Assembly (NCBI GenBank): GCA_012521995.1
Contig: JAAYLH010000045.1
Span: forward strand, 4,138 to 68,137
Origin: Bacteroidales bacterium
Lineage (GTDB): Bacteria; Bacteroidota; Bacteroidia; Bacteroidales; UBA7960
Length of the DNA stretch: 64,000 nt
Reading direction: 5' to 3'
The notes under the pieces were generated by a model. The model did not search any database, was not told where the DNA came from, and was given only the letters and a program-made list of their open reading frames with translations. Every line of letters begins with the position of its first letter. Within the stretch, counting starts at the first letter, position 1. Both the position numbers and the translations under genes were made by a program. Positions 45,458 to 56,013 of this stretch are shown one piece after another.

Positions 45458-48400
45458 TTAATCGTTATGTTCGTTTAAAAATGTAAACTTCTCCCTGACC
45501 TTACGCATCTTGTCACGTTCACCCCTGCGGGAGAAAATGCCGTATACCACGGGTACCAACACCATGGTAACAATGGTGGAGAACACCAGGCCGCCGATCA
45601 GTGAGATTCCCATGGGGCTCCATATCTCCGAACCTTCGCCACGGCTCAGCGCCATGGGCACCATAGCCAGGATTGTGGTAAATGCCGTCATCAATACGGG
45701 ACGCAGACGCAGACGGCCTGAAACGGCAATGGCTTCGTTCAGCGCATAGCCACGGTCACGCATCAGGTTGATATAGTCAACCAGCACGATCCCGTTCTTA
45801 ACAACGATCCCGATAAGCAATACGGCACCCAAACCGGCAATCACACTAAGGGTGGTGTTGGTGATGAGCAGGGCCAGGATAACCCCTGTGAACGAGAAGG
45901 GGATGGAGAACATAATCACAAAGGGCATCACAAAGGATTCGAACTGCGAGGCCATCACCAGGAAAACCAGGATTAGGCTGATGAGCAGCAGCAAGCCAAG
46001 GTCCATGAATGAGTCCATCATTTCCTCGTAAGCCCCTCCAACATTGATAATGATACCCTGGGGAACGTCAGCCCGGGCCACAACGGCATTGATTTCCTGG
46101 GCCAGGTCTCCCAGGGCAACGCCTGAAGGAACTGCCGAAACGGTAACCACCCTTTCCCTGCGTTTGCGTTCGATGTTTGGCGGATTCCAGTATTCCTGAA
46201 CCTCTCCGATCTCTCCCAGTTTCACTCTAGTACCCATAGGGCTTGTGATGGAGAACGATTCAAGGTCGGAGATGGAACTCCTGAACTCTTCACCAAACCG
46301 GACCACAATATCATACTCCTCCCCTTCTTCCCGGAAGATGGAGGCGGTCATACCTGCCACACGATTACGCAGGGCGGCCGACACCATTGCAGTGTTGAGG
46401 CCGCTCTCAGCCATTTTTTTGCGGTCAAGCACCACCTGCAGCTCGGGGCGGTCGTCTTTACGGCTGACCTTCACATCGGAAGCGCCGGGGATGGCTTCTA
46501 TCTTTTCACTGAGTTCGTTGGCAAGCCGGCTGGTCACTTCAAAATCGTAACCAAAGATCTCTACATCCACAGAAGTGCCACCCATATTCATCCCACCCGT
46601 TGAGACGGTATATTCAACCACCTCGGGGATCTGGTTGAGTTGATCCCTGAAGTCATCCGCAATCGCCCATACCGAGCGCTCGCGTTCATCCCGGGGAGAC
46701 AGACGCATCATCACGCTGATGGTGTTGGAGCCCGACTGGCCGAACAGGCCTGCCATACCCCCTTCATCATCCGAACCCGCCATCATGGCATGGATCTCGG
46801 CTTCAGGATATCGCTCCCCTATGATGCCTTCAATACGGTCGGCAACCTTTATGGTTTCCTCCACACGCAGGCCCGTGGTCAGCTCTATTTCTACGGAAAC
46901 CTGCGCCTCATCCGATTCAGGGATAAATTCAGAGCTCACAAAACGGGCCAGGAACAGAGACCCTACAAAAATGACAAGCGCCAGGATCAATACAAGCTTT
47001 TTATGCAGCAGGGCAAACCTGAGCGTTTTCTCATAAAAATCCTCAACCCATGTCAGGAAGGGTTCAACCACTTTCTCGTGTGAGAAAGGCAGCGGCACCC
47101 TTCTTTTGGTTTTCAGGCCAAGAAGTTTGGAAGCCAGCATCGGCGTAAGCGTGATGGCAGCCAGGGTTGAGGTGGTCACCGTAATACTTACGATCCATCC
47201 CAGCTGCTTAAACAATACGCCTGTCATGCCACCCACCAGGGTAAGGGGAAAGAATACCGCCACGATCACAAGGGTGGTGATGATTACCGACAGCCACACC
47301 TCGTTGGTGGCGTATATGGCTGCCTCGCGCGGACTGGTACCCCGTTCAATGTGCCTGGTGATGTTCTCAAGTACCACGATGGCATCGTCGACCACCATAC
47401 CCAAGGCTATAGAAAGTGAGGCAAGGGATATGATGTTTAATGACCCTCCCGTGGCAAAGAGGTATATGAAGGAAACGATAAGGGAAATCGGGATGGTAAG
47501 GACCACTATAAATGTAGCCCTCCATTTCCCGAGGAAAAACAAGACTACGACCACCACAAAGAAAAGGGCCCAAAGCATGGTTTGGGTGAGGTTCGTCACC
47601 GAGTCGCTGATAAACTCGGAGGAGTCCATCACCTCCAGCACCTCCACATCAGGAGGCAGGTTTTTCTTCAGATTTTCAATGGTTTTTCTCACTTGGTCGG
47701 CCACTTTTACCGTATTCGCTCCCGACTGCTTCATGACCATCATTCGCACGCCCTGGCTGCCTTGAATCCTCGATTCAAGCATCAGGTCCTTGGTGGTATC
47801 ACGAACCACGGCAACATCTTTAAGCAAGACAACACCGCCCTGGAAACTGCCTACCACGAGGTTCTCCAGCTCCTGGCTCTCCCTCACTTCACCCTCTACC
47901 CTTAGCTGGTAGTCCATCTTGCCCATCTTGATATTTCCCGAGGGCATGTCCAGGTTTTCCGCCTGTATGATGTTGCCGATTTGTTCTATGGTCAGGTTAT
48001 AGGCATCCAGTTTTACAGGGTCGGCTTCCACATATATCCTTCGCTGGGGCGTACCGATGACCATCACCGACCCAATGCCGTCGATGCGGTTCAGGGGGTT
48101 TACTACCGCCTCCTCCAGGATTTGTTCCAGCCCCAGATAGCTGTCGCCTGCCTTAAAAGCATAGACCGCGATAGGCATCATGCTTAAGTCGAATTTAAAG
48201 ATGGTGGGACGGCTCACCCCATCGGGCAGGTAATCGTACATCAGGTCAATGGCATCCCTGATCCCATTGGATGCCTCATTAAGATCTGACTCCCATTCAA
48301 ATTCAAGAAAAATCACCGAGAGGTTATCACTCGAGGTAGAGGTGATTTCCTTCAGGTTGTCGATACTGTTGAAGGCATCCTCCATGGGCCGTGTGATGTT

Positions 48401-48583
48401 GACCTCGATATCGCTGGCATTCGCTCCCGGATAACTGGTAATGACCGAAATATAGGGCGGGTCCATCTCGGGAAACAGGTCAACCGGCAGGTAGATCAGC
48501 GAATAGATACCCAGCACAATCACCCCAATGAAAACCATTAAGGTGGTGATGGGCTTGTTGACTGCGGTTTTGTATATACTCAT
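45458..48583 (-). CDS. RND efflux permease (AcrB/AcrD/AcrF family)
   Basis: 1041 aa; proton-relay motifs VVDDAIVVLEN, KNGIVLVD, RLRPVLMT. Confidence 0.95.
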   Translation of the reverse strand: MSIYKTAVNKPITTLMVFIGVIVLGIYSLIYLPVDLFPEMDPPYISVITSYPGANASDIEVNITRPMEDAFNSIDNLKEITSTSSDNLSVIFLEFEWESDLNEASNGIRDAIDLMYDYLPDGVSRPTIFKFDLSMMPIAVYAFKAGDSYLGLEQILEEAVVNPLNRIDGIGSVMVIGTPQRRIYVEADPVKLDAYNLTIEQIGNIIQAENLDMPSGNIKMGKMDYQLRVEGEVRESQELENLVVGSFQGGVVLLKDVAVVRDTTKDLMLESRIQGSQGVRMMVMKQSGANTVKVADQVRKTIENLKKNLPPDVEVLEVMDSSEFISDSVTNLTQTMLWALFFVVVVVLFFLGKWRATFIVVLTIPISLIVSFIYLFATGGSLNIISLASLSIALGMVVDDAIVVLENITRHIERGTSPREAAIYATNEVWLSVIITTLVIVAVFFPLTLVGGMTGVLFKQLGWIVSITVTTSTLAAITLTPMLASKLLGLKTKRRVPLPFSHEKVVEPFLTWVEDFYEKTLRFALLHKKLVLILALVIFVGSLFLARFVSSEFIPESDEAQVSVEIELTTGLRVEETIKVADRIEGIIGERYPEAEIHAMMAGSDDEGGMAGLFGQSGSNTISVMMRLSPRDERERSVWAIADDFRDQLNQIPEVVEYTVSTGGMNMGGTSVDVEIFGYDFEVTSRLANELSEKIEAIPGASDVKVSRKDDRPELQVVLDRKKMAESGLNTAMVSAALRNRVAGMTASIFREEGEEYDIVVRFGEEFRSSISDLESFSITSPMGTRVKLGEIGEVQEYWNPPNIERKRRERVVTVSAVPSGVALGDLAQEINAVVARADVPQGIIINVGGAYEEMMDSFMDLGLLLLISLILVFLVMASQFESFVMPFVIMFSIPFSFTGVILALLITNTTLSVIAGLGAVLLIGIVVKNGIVLVDYINLMRDRGYALNEAIAVSGRLRLRPVLMTAFTTILAMVPMALSRGEGSEIWSPMGISLIGGLVFSTIVTMVLVPVVYGIFSRRGERDKMRKVREKFTFLNEHND

Positions 48584-48627
48584 TGTACAATAATATTAGA
48601 TGCAAAAACAAATATCAACCCGGGACA

Positions 48628-49695
48628 TTACGGCTGCACTGTAACGGCAACGCCGTCCACCAACCTCGCCTGCCCGGCCACGATGACCTTGTCGCCGGGT
48701 TTAAGATCATCCGAGATAAGCTCCACCATATCGTCAAAACGTTCGCCAAGTTCCACAGACACCCGCTTTGCCTTTCCATTCTCTTCCAGGAAGACGTAGC
48801 GCTCATTCGAGCCTTGAAGCTTCAGGATGGCCAGCGCAGGCACAAGGAAGACATCCACCTGGTCGAAGTCGAGGCTGGCACGGGCAAACATCCCCGGACG
48901 CAGTTTCTCCCGGGAATTGGGCACTGCGAGCTCCGCCTTGAAGGTGCGTGTGGCCGCATCAATCGTGGGATAAACCATAGACACGGTACCCGTAAACACT
49001 TCGCCGGGGTATACATCCGTGCTGATCTTAACTTCCATTCCTCGTTTGACATTGGGATAATAGCGTTCGGCAATATTCACGATGGCCTTGAGCCTGCTGG
49101 TCTGCACCAACGAAAGGATGGCGGCCTTGCCTGCCTGGGTATTCGGGGCGCCCGAATACATCTCCCCATTTTCGAAATATTTCCCTGAGACCGATCCGGC
49201 AAAAGGCGCCACCAGACGGGTGTTTTCGCGCAGGAAGGTGACATTGCTTTTCGCCAGGTCATATTGTGTCTTAACCTGATCGTACTGCTGCTGTGAGATG
49301 CTGCCGGCCTTTCGCAGGGTATCCAGTCGGCGGAAGTCCAATTCAAGGCTTGCCAACTGGATCTCGGCTTGCTTGAGTTGGGTCTGATCCATCTGCACCA
49401 GCAACTGCCCCTGGTTAAAACCTTGTCCTGCTTCCACAAAGATACGCTCAATGCGCCCCGGAGAGGCCGAGGCTAAATGTACTTCCCTGAAGGCCTGAAG
49501 ATGAGCTGTATAATTGGCCGATCGTGATACCTCACGAAAAGCAAGCTCCTGTACCCTGACCATTTCAACCCGCCCGGAGAGGTCTTCCTGGGTGGCTGCC
49601 TGGTCCTGTTTCTTGGAACTGCAACCGCCAAGCATTATTCCTGGAATTAAGGCGATAAGGCTGAGCCTGATGATGTTATTGATTTTCATTTTCAA
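48628..49695 (-). CDS. RND periplasmic adaptor (MFP), lipoprotein
   Basis: Lipobox LGGC; GRIERIFV..G, APFAG.V, PTID.ATRTF, LRPGMFA. Confidence 0.92.
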   Translation of the reverse strand: MKMKINNIIRLSLIALIPGIMLGGCSSKKQDQAATQEDLSGRVEMVRVQELAFREVSRSANYTAHLQAFREVHLASASPGRIERIFVEAGQGFNQGQLLVQMDQTQLKQAEIQLASLELDFRRLDTLRKAGSISQQQYDQVKTQYDLAKSNVTFLRENTRLVAPFAGSVSGKYFENGEMYSGAPNTQAGKAAILSLVQTSRLKAIVNIAERYYPNVKRGMEVKISTDVYPGEVFTGTVSMVYPTIDAATRTFKAELAVPNSREKLRPGMFARASLDFDQVDVFLVPALAILKLQGSNERYVFLEENGKAKRVSVELGERFDDMVELISDDLKPGDKVIVAGQARLVDGVAVTVQP

Positions 49696-49745
49696 AAGGT
49701 TATGAAGGTTAAGTCGTATATGTTCAGTTAAAGAAATTCTGTAGT

Positions 49746-51047
49746 TTAAAAACCGTTGAGCAATTTGTTCAGGGCAAGGCTTGCTTCAAGCAGTTGCAGC
49801 ACGGCATTGATGTAGCTGCCCTCGGCCTGAAGGTAATTGCCGTTGGCGGTGATCAGGTCGAGGCTCGAGACCATCCCCTGCTCATATTTGTTGTTGAGGT
49901 TCTGGTTCACCCTGCGTGCCACTTCCAGGTTTGCCTGCTCGCTCTCATATTGCTCGATGGCGGTATTCAGGTTGAACCTGAGTTGCTTTTCCTGGATCAG
50001 CAACTGCTCGGCCACCAGTTCTTTCTGGTTGAGGGCCACTTCATGGTTGATGCGTGCCTGGTCAACACGAGCCTTCCTCAGCCCGCTCGAGAAAATGGGG
50101 ATTTCAAGGTTCACCCCGATGACGTGTTTGGGCTGAATGTCAAACTCGGGTTTTAAAAGCTTCTCGGTATAATTGTAGAACCCCGCCAGGGTAGGCAGGT
50201 ATGCGGCCCTTTCCATATTGACCTGTTTCTCGGCCATCCCGGTTTGCAGCTCCAGCAACCTGAAGTCCACGTTGTCACGCAACGAAAACGTACGTGCCAT
50301 CTGGGCAGTGAGATCGGTGCCCCTTGCCAGAGATTCCAGCTTGTCGGTAAGTTCAATTTCGACTTCAGCACTTAAGCCCATCTGCAGCCTGAGCATGTTG
50401 TAAGCCAGTTCCTGTTGCCGCTCTGTCGACCTGAGGGTATTGCTCAGCATGGCCACCTGCACGGCCAGCTGGTCGTAATCAAGCTCTTCTGCTACACCCG
50501 CATACACCATGGCACGGGTCTTCTGAAGGATGTCGCGCATGTTTTCGAGGTTGGCCTCCACCAGTTCTTTCGACCGGCCCGAGATCAGGGCCAGGTAATA
50601 AGCCTGGGATACCTGCTGTATGATGTCGAGCTCTGTCTTCTCACGGCTGGCTTCAGCCACCTCCTGATAGAGCTTGGCCATTTGTATGCCTACAATATAG
50701 CTTCCGCTAAACACCAACTGCCCCAACGACAGGCTCAGATTGCTTGTGGGATTGAACTCAATTTCAAATCCCGGCATCATACCCAGCGAAGCTTTAGAGC
50801 CAAAGAAGTTCGAGTAATCAACCGCCGCATTGATCTGTGGAAGCCCGTTGGCAATGGTTTCCTTCAGGCGGGCCTGGGCCTCACGGGTGCTGAGCTCGGC
50901 ATTGGCCATGTTCTTATTGTATTCAAGCGCGTGCTGGCGGGCGCCCTCCAGGCTGAAACGCAAGGGCTCCTGGGCAAGAACCTTGCCCCCAAATACTAGC
51001 ATGGCAAGAACAATGAAACATAATGTTGTGAAAAAATTCCTGATCAT
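49746..51047 (-). CDS. TolC family outer-membrane efflux channel
   Basis: Signal peptide ending VLA-Q; two OEP repeats (GLPQIN, YLPTL, IPIFSSG, YEQG..S.LDL). Confidence 0.9.
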   Translation of the reverse strand: MIRNFFTTLCFIVLAMLVFGGKVLAQEPLRFSLEGARQHALEYNKNMANAELSTREAQARLKETIANGLPQINAAVDYSNFFGSKASLGMMPGFEIEFNPTSNLSLSLGQLVFSGSYIVGIQMAKLYQEVAEASREKTELDIIQQVSQAYYLALISGRSKELVEANLENMRDILQKTRAMVYAGVAEELDYDQLAVQVAMLSNTLRSTERQQELAYNMLRLQMGLSAEVEIELTDKLESLARGTDLTAQMARTFSLRDNVDFRLLELQTGMAEKQVNMERAAYLPTLAGFYNYTEKLLKPEFDIQPKHVIGVNLEIPIFSSGLRKARVDQARINHEVALNQKELVAEQLLIQEKQLRFNLNTAIEQYESEQANLEVARRVNQNLNNKYEQGMVSSLDLITANGNYLQAEGSYINAVLQLLEASLALNKLLNGF

Positions 51048-51093
51048 TTTCTTCTTATTTTAATTTTAGTGCCTGAGTCTTTTTTATGAGCTG

Positions 51094-51153
51094 CAAAATT
51101 ACTTTAATTTATTCAAAATTAGGCATTCATCATGCTGAAACGGACAAATTTCC
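51094..51153 (-). promoter_or_regulatory. tolC operon promoter: -7 TAATTTTG plus a candidate LytTR site
   Basis: TAATTTTG at 51094-51101; + strand ctgaaacggacaaatttcc at 51135-51153 resembles the repeats upstream of the kinase gene. Confidence 0.55.
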
Positions 51154-51172
51154 ATGCAAAAATTCAATGCTC

Positions 51173-51931
51173 TCAATGCCCGCTTAACCAGTTCAGGTAT
51201 TCGGTCACCTTGGTTTTGCTGATGGTGATCTTTTCCTCAAAGGGGACAACCAGGTTCACCGCCAGCTTACGGGCGAAATACTGCGAAGAATCCTTTATGG
51301 CCCTGCGGTTGACAAGGAATTGCCTGTTTGCCCTGAAGAAACTCCCGGGCGACAAACGCTCCATCTCCTCCAGACTCTTGTTGAGCTTGTATTCCCTGCG
51401 ATCAAAAGTCAGTATATGGGTCACATCCTCCTTGATAAAAAACAAGGCGATGTCCTCAAGTTTTACCGCCACGATGCGGTCGCCCTGATACACAAGCACT
51501 GAGCTGGTGTTCTTGCGTTCGTTCAGCATTTCGATGATGGCCTGGTAAGAAGGCAACTCAGGGCTCATTGTTTCCTTCAGCTCCCTGAATTTCGCCAGGG
51601 CCTCAGCTACAGTACGTGCATTGAAAGGCTTCAGCATATAATGGATGCTGTTCACCTTAAAAGCCCTCAAGGCATATTCGTCATAAGCCGTGCAAAACAC
51701 CACAGGGATATGGATGTCCACTTGCCGGAATATCTCGAAGCTCAGCCCGTCGCCCAGTTGTATGTCGGCAAAGATCAGATCAAGCTTCACCTGCTTCCCA
51801 CGGAAATACGACACGGCTTCCCTGACGGATTTCAGTATCCCCAGGATCTCTACCCCGGCATCCACCTGTTCGATGGTGCGGGCCAGATCCTGGGCAGTGT
51901 GCAACTCATCCTCAATGATCAATATCTTCAT
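51173..51931 (-). CDS. LytTR family response regulator
   Basis: IIEDE, DLIFADIQLGDGLSF, FCTAYDEYA, LKPF; LytTR domain with FFRANRQF. Confidence 0.93.
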   Translation of the reverse strand: MKILIIEDELHTAQDLARTIEQVDAGVEILGILKSVREAVSYFRGKQVKLDLIFADIQLGDGLSFEIFRQVDIHIPVVFCTAYDEYALRAFKVNSIHYMLKPFNARTVAEALAKFRELKETMSPELPSYQAIIEMLNERKNTSSVLVYQGDRIVAVKLEDIALFFIKEDVTHILTFDRREYKLNKSLEEMERLSPGSFFRANRQFLVNRRAIKDSSQYFARKLAVNLVVPFEEKITISKTKVTEYLNWLSGH

Positions 51932-52976
51932 CTGTCAGCACTTTTACCTTTACCGTAAATTGCTCTTCCGTTTCCTCCACCACGATGCGGTCGCCCGTAA
52001 GAATGCGGTAGCGATCCGACAGGTTCGCCAGTCCCAGCTTGGTGGTCTGTTCCGACGACAGCTTCTTCTGGATGTTGTTCGAAACACTCAGCCAACCCTG
52101 ACGGCACTCCACAACAATGTGCAGGGGCATATCCTCTGTCAGGACATTGTGCTTGATGGCATTTTCGAGCAGCACCTGCAGTGAAAAACCCGGGACATAT
52201 CCGCTAACAAGCCTGCCCTCAGGAATATGAAACGCAAAATGCAGCGCTTCCCCGAAACGGATCTTCTGCATCTCTATATAGTCGAGGCATAGCTTGTATT
52301 CGTCGGAAAGCTTCACCACATTGGCCTCGTTGGCCGAAATGGAAACACGTAAAAAGTCAGAAAGTTTAATGATATATTCCTCAGCAAGCCCCGGATTCTT
52401 GTTGATCAACGACTTCAGCACACTCATCGAATTGAACAGGAAATGGGGATGGATATGCTGACGCAACTGCTGATTGATGGCCTCTGCATGTTCAATGCGC
52501 AGGCGGGCGTTCTCCAGCTCAATCTTTGCTTTTTTCTCCCTGAGCATCACCAGCTCGAGAATAAACACAACGAATAGGTTGATAAAAACCGTCGAAAACA
52601 AAGGCCTTATAATGCTTACCTTTTGGGGTGCCTCTATGCCGGTATCCATCCTGATCCTTACTGCCAGCGGGAGTGAATGGAAAACCTCCACCAGCAGGCC
52701 GGCAATGACTGCAGTCAGGACAAAACTCAGCAGGAAACGGGTCCAGTAATAGCGCCTGCCTATCTTTTGCTGTTCATAAAAATAAACCAGCGCAATGTTT
52801 ATCTGCCACATCACCAGCACGGTGACAAACAGGCTCATGATGAAAAACACGAAAAATTCGGCGGAAAACACCCGCTGAACCGTAAAAAATGGCGTCACCG
52901 ACACCACCGCCATCAGCAGTGAGGTGAACAGGGATATGCGTAAAAGCCGCCTGAGCAGGTTATCGGTCTTAAACAT
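51912..52976 (-). CDS. LytS/YehU-type membrane histidine kinase
   Basis: Four TM segments; LRQHIHPHFLFNSM, E..RFG, LQVLLENAIKHN, GLANL..RY. Confidence 0.92.
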   Translation of the reverse strand: MFKTDNLLRRLLRISLFTSLLMAVVSVTPFFTVQRVFSAEFFVFFIMSLFVTVLVMWQINIALVYFYEQQKIGRRYYWTRFLLSFVLTAVIAGLLVEVFHSLPLAVRIRMDTGIEAPQKVSIIRPLFSTVFINLFVVFILELVMLREKKAKIELENARLRIEHAEAINQQLRQHIHPHFLFNSMSVLKSLINKNPGLAEEYIIKLSDFLRVSISANEANVVKLSDEYKLCLDYIEMQKIRFGEALHFAFHIPEGRLVSGYVPGFSLQVLLENAIKHNVLTEDMPLHIVVECRQGWLSVSNNIQKKLSSEQTTKLGLANLSDRYRILTGDRIVVEETEEQFTVKVKVLTDEDIDH

Positions 52977-52980
52977 GGCG

Positions 52981-53075
52981 CAAAGGTACTGCTAAAAAAA
53001 TGCCGGAGAATTCATTCTCCGTCTGAAATGACAAAGTCCCGCCCGAAATGGACTAATTCCTTTCTAAAACGGAAA
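52981..53075 (-). promoter_or_regulatory. Kinase promoter: -7 TACCTTTG plus three ~21-bp-period direct repeats (candidate LytTR sites)
   Basis: TACCTTTG at 52981-52988; + strand ctgaaatgac (53023), ccgaaatggac (53043), ctaaaacggaa (53064). Confidence 0.6.
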
Positions 53076-53142
53076 AACAGATATGAAAACCCGCAAAGAA
53101 GCCGGGGAAGGGCCCGTATAGCACAAGCTCAGGACAGAATCA

Positions 53143-53805
53143 TCATGGCTCAAATTCAACAAGACCTTTATTTATGGCAAACTTCATGAGCCCCACTATG
53201 GTCTTGGTCTTGGTTTTGATGAAGATACTCCTTCTATGGGCTTCCACAGTTCGTTCGCTTATAAAGAGTTTATCTGCAATCTGAGCGTTGCTGTACTCCC
53301 TGGCCATCAGCTGCAAAACTTCCAGCTCTCTTGAAGACAACAGGCTTTTTGACTCTTCTTTGGAATCTGAAAGATCAATGGAGCTATTAAGATTATCCAT
53401 CAAAATTTGTTGCGTATAAGCACACAAGTAGCGCTCGCCCCTGTGCACTGCCCTGACAGCCTCAATCACCTCGTGAAGCTTTGTCCGTTTCACAACATAC
53501 CCTGAGGCACCTGCTTCAACCATTTTTGTAATGATCGAGATATCGTCATACATAGTCAGGGCAACGACTTTCACTTCCGGATGCAATTCCTTAATGCTTT
53601 TTGTGGCATCAATTCCTGAACCTCCGGGCATATTAATATCCATGAGTACCACATCAATGGAATTCATCTCAAGAAGATCCAGGGTCTCGGCAAAAGAGTT
53701 CGCCCCTTCAACAAATTGAATATCCTGCTCTCCTTCTAACAGGGACTTCAATCCCTCTATCATTATTTGATGATCGTCAACAATCAATACTTTAATGGGT
53801 TCCAT
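53143..53805 (-). CDS. NarL/LuxR family response regulator
   Basis: VLIVDDH, DVVLMDINMP, ALTMYD; HTH LSSRELEVL..IADKLFISERTVEAHR. Confidence 0.93.
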   Translation of the reverse strand: MEPIKVLIVDDHQIMIEGLKSLLEGEQDIQFVEGANSFAETLDLLEMNSIDVVLMDINMPGGSGIDATKSIKELHPEVKVVALTMYDDISIITKMVEAGASGYVVKRTKLHEVIEAVRAVHRGERYLCAYTQQILMDNLNSSIDLSDSKEESKSLLSSRELEVLQLMAREYSNAQIADKLFISERTVEAHRRSIFIKTKTKTIVGLMKFAINKGLVEFEP

Positions 53806-53818
53806 AATGCATAAACAA

Positions 53819-55819
53819 TTATTCCAATGGGATTAAAATACTAATAATGGTGCCCCTTTGTGGATTTGAATCAATGAACAGGTTGCCTTTGAGGTTTTCA
53901 ATCCTTGACTTCATATTTGATAAGCCGTTTCCGCGATCCGAAATCTCATTGACATCAAAACCGCTGCCATTATCTTCGGCCATCAGGGTGATTTCATTGT
54001 TCCCCTTGACAATTTGCACATAAAGGTCGCTGGCTTTTGAGTGTTTAATCGTGTTATTCACGATTTCCTGAATGGTCCGAAACAGCGTGTTTTCTATCAG
54101 CTTATCAAGCTTCCCGTTCAGGCCAAAAGTTTTATACGTCATTCTCAAATTTGGGCTTTGATTCACCCGGTCAGAAATACTCTTCAGGGCACCCTGAAGC
54201 CCCCTTTCTGACAATAGAGATGGCGCTAAGTTATGGGAAATGGTCCGAACTTCAATGAAGGCATCGTCAATGGTCTTCATCAAAGTTTCAAGCAATTCCT
54301 TCCTTTTGTTTTCCTCGAAATCGTGGTTTCGTTTATGCAACACACTTGCGTGGATTCCTGCAAGCGAAAGCAAATGGCCAAGGCTGTCGTGCAGCTCCTG
54401 GCCAATTCTTTTACGCTCCTGGATCTCAGCCACCAGGGCCGCATGGGCTTTTTTCTTATTCAACTCAATGATGGTCTTCTGAAACTTCACCTCTTGCTTG
54501 TGCCGTAAGTTTACATAAATCAAATACAAGCCCACCAAAAGCAGCACAAATATCAAAAAAGAGAACCCCAAAAGGTAATTCTTCTTACTGATGACCAGCT
54601 CCTTCTTTTCTATTTCAAGCTCCTGCATCTTATTCAAATTATTGAGGTAGTTCAGCTCAATATCATAGACCTGATGAATGGTCGTTTGGTTAACGATCTC
54701 TTGTTGGGCATTGATATATTCCTTATGGTGAAACAAGCTTTTTTCAAAATCACCCCTTCGCTCATAAATCTGAGAAAATAAAAAATGGGCTCCGTTTTTC
54801 AGGCTCAAATTATCCTGCTCATCGGCCATCTTCATTACATTTTGGGTCACCACAAGTGATTCTTCTATTCGCCCCGAGTTAAGGAGTACTTCGGCAATGC
54901 CCATTTCAGAGATGGCCAGCTGAAACTCAAAACTGGTTGACCGGGCAATTTCACTGCTCAGGGCATACGCTTCCAATGCCTTGTCCGGATCGTTAAGCTC
55001 AGAATAGACTTTCCCCTTGATCTGATATGAGATGCACAAACCATAGGTGTTATTTATCTTTTGGGAGAGCTGCAATGCCTCGTCCAAATGTTCGAGTGCT
55101 TCTTTGGCCTTCTCCTGTGATAGCTTGCAAAGTGCAGCATTGTTCAAAACCGAAACGATAAGAATGCTATCCAGGGCTTCTCCTTTATATTCAAGGGCTT
55201 CATTAAAATACCCCATCGCTTTTTCGCAATTGTTCAAATGGAGGTATACAAGGCCAATATTGTTTAATGCCCCTATCTTCTTCCCGTAGTTTTGGGCCAA
55301 ATCATAAAAATCCAATGCTTCAACAAAATGCAAATAAGCCGATTTTATGTCTCCAATTTCTCTGTATACCACCCCAATATTATTATTGATGTTGGCTATT
55401 TCAAAATAATTTTCAACATCCTTTGCGCGCAACAATGCATCATTATAGTACTTAAGGCCTTCAGAATAATTTGCCTCCAGAACATATGAGGATCCCAAAG
55501 CCTTCAGAAGGGAGATCTTCATCAAAACCTTGGCTTCACTCAGGGTATCAAGAATTTGTATCGCTTCTTGCCTGGAGCTCAGAGGGTTTTCATATAAGAT
55601 TTTATGAATGTCTTCTACTATGCTTTCCTCATACGCTGTCAGTGAAAGTTGCAAATGCTTATCTTGCGGTCTGTGACAGGATGACAAGAGGGCCAATAAA
55701 ACAATGGACAAGATGACCCCGCCCATAAAATCAAATATCCGGTGATGCGAATTTATGGGAAATGAGAAAATATTTTCCTTAAACCATTGCATAATTATGA
55801 TGTCTGATGTTTGGTTCAA
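53819..55819 (-). CDS. TPR-repeat sensor histidine kinase (HisKA_3 type); start codon uncertain
   Basis: TPR-like repeats (NNIGVVY, NNIGLVY), one TM helix, ERKRIGQELHDSLG, QEIVNNTIKH, DNGSGF, GNGL.NM. Confidence 0.88.
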   Translation of the reverse strand: MNQTSDIIIMQWFKENIFSFPINSHHRIFDFMGGVILSIVLLALLSSCHRPQDKHLQLSLTAYEESIVEDIHKILYENPLSSRQEAIQILDTLSEAKVLMKISLLKALGSSYVLEANYSEGLKYYNDALLRAKDVENYFEIANINNNIGVVYREIGDIKSAYLHFVEALDFYDLAQNYGKKIGALNNIGLVYLHLNNCEKAMGYFNEALEYKGEALDSILIVSVLNNAALCKLSQEKAKEALEHLDEALQLSQKINNTYGLCISYQIKGKVYSELNDPDKALEAYALSSEIARSTSFEFQLAISEMGIAEVLLNSGRIEESLVVTQNVMKMADEQDNLSLKNGAHFLFSQIYERRGDFEKSLFHHKEYINAQQEIVNQTTIHQVYDIELNYLNNLNKMQELEIEKKELVISKKNYLLGFSFLIFVLLLVGLYLIYVNLRHKQEVKFQKTIIELNKKKAHAALVAEIQERKRIGQELHDSLGHLLSLAGIHASVLHKRNHDFEENKRKELLETLMKTIDDAFIEVRTISHNLAPSLLSERGLQGALKSISDRVNQSPNLRMTYKTFGLNGKLDKLIENTLFRTIQEIVNNTIKHSKASDLYVQIVKGNNEITLMAEDNGSGFDVNEISDRGNGLSNMKSRIENLKGNLFIDSNPQRGTIISILIPLE

Positions 55820-56013
55820 TGTTCTGCGAAATTAAGTCTTATAATGTTTTGGCCTTAAGTTTTCTGCTGAAAATGACCAAAATAGGTAGCAACAACAAGG
55901 GCTATTGTTGCTGGCACTTAATGAAAACAATTCCTAAAAATAGCGTCATTCACCAATTGCGGTAAAAAAACAAATCCCCTTACTTTGTAACCCTAAACCT
56001 AAACCGGAAAATA

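Noticed and set aside
55888-55912. agcaacaa/ttgttgct inverted repeat as the NarL-type operator
   Set aside because: It is a single 8-bp repeat with no second copy or consensus to support it.
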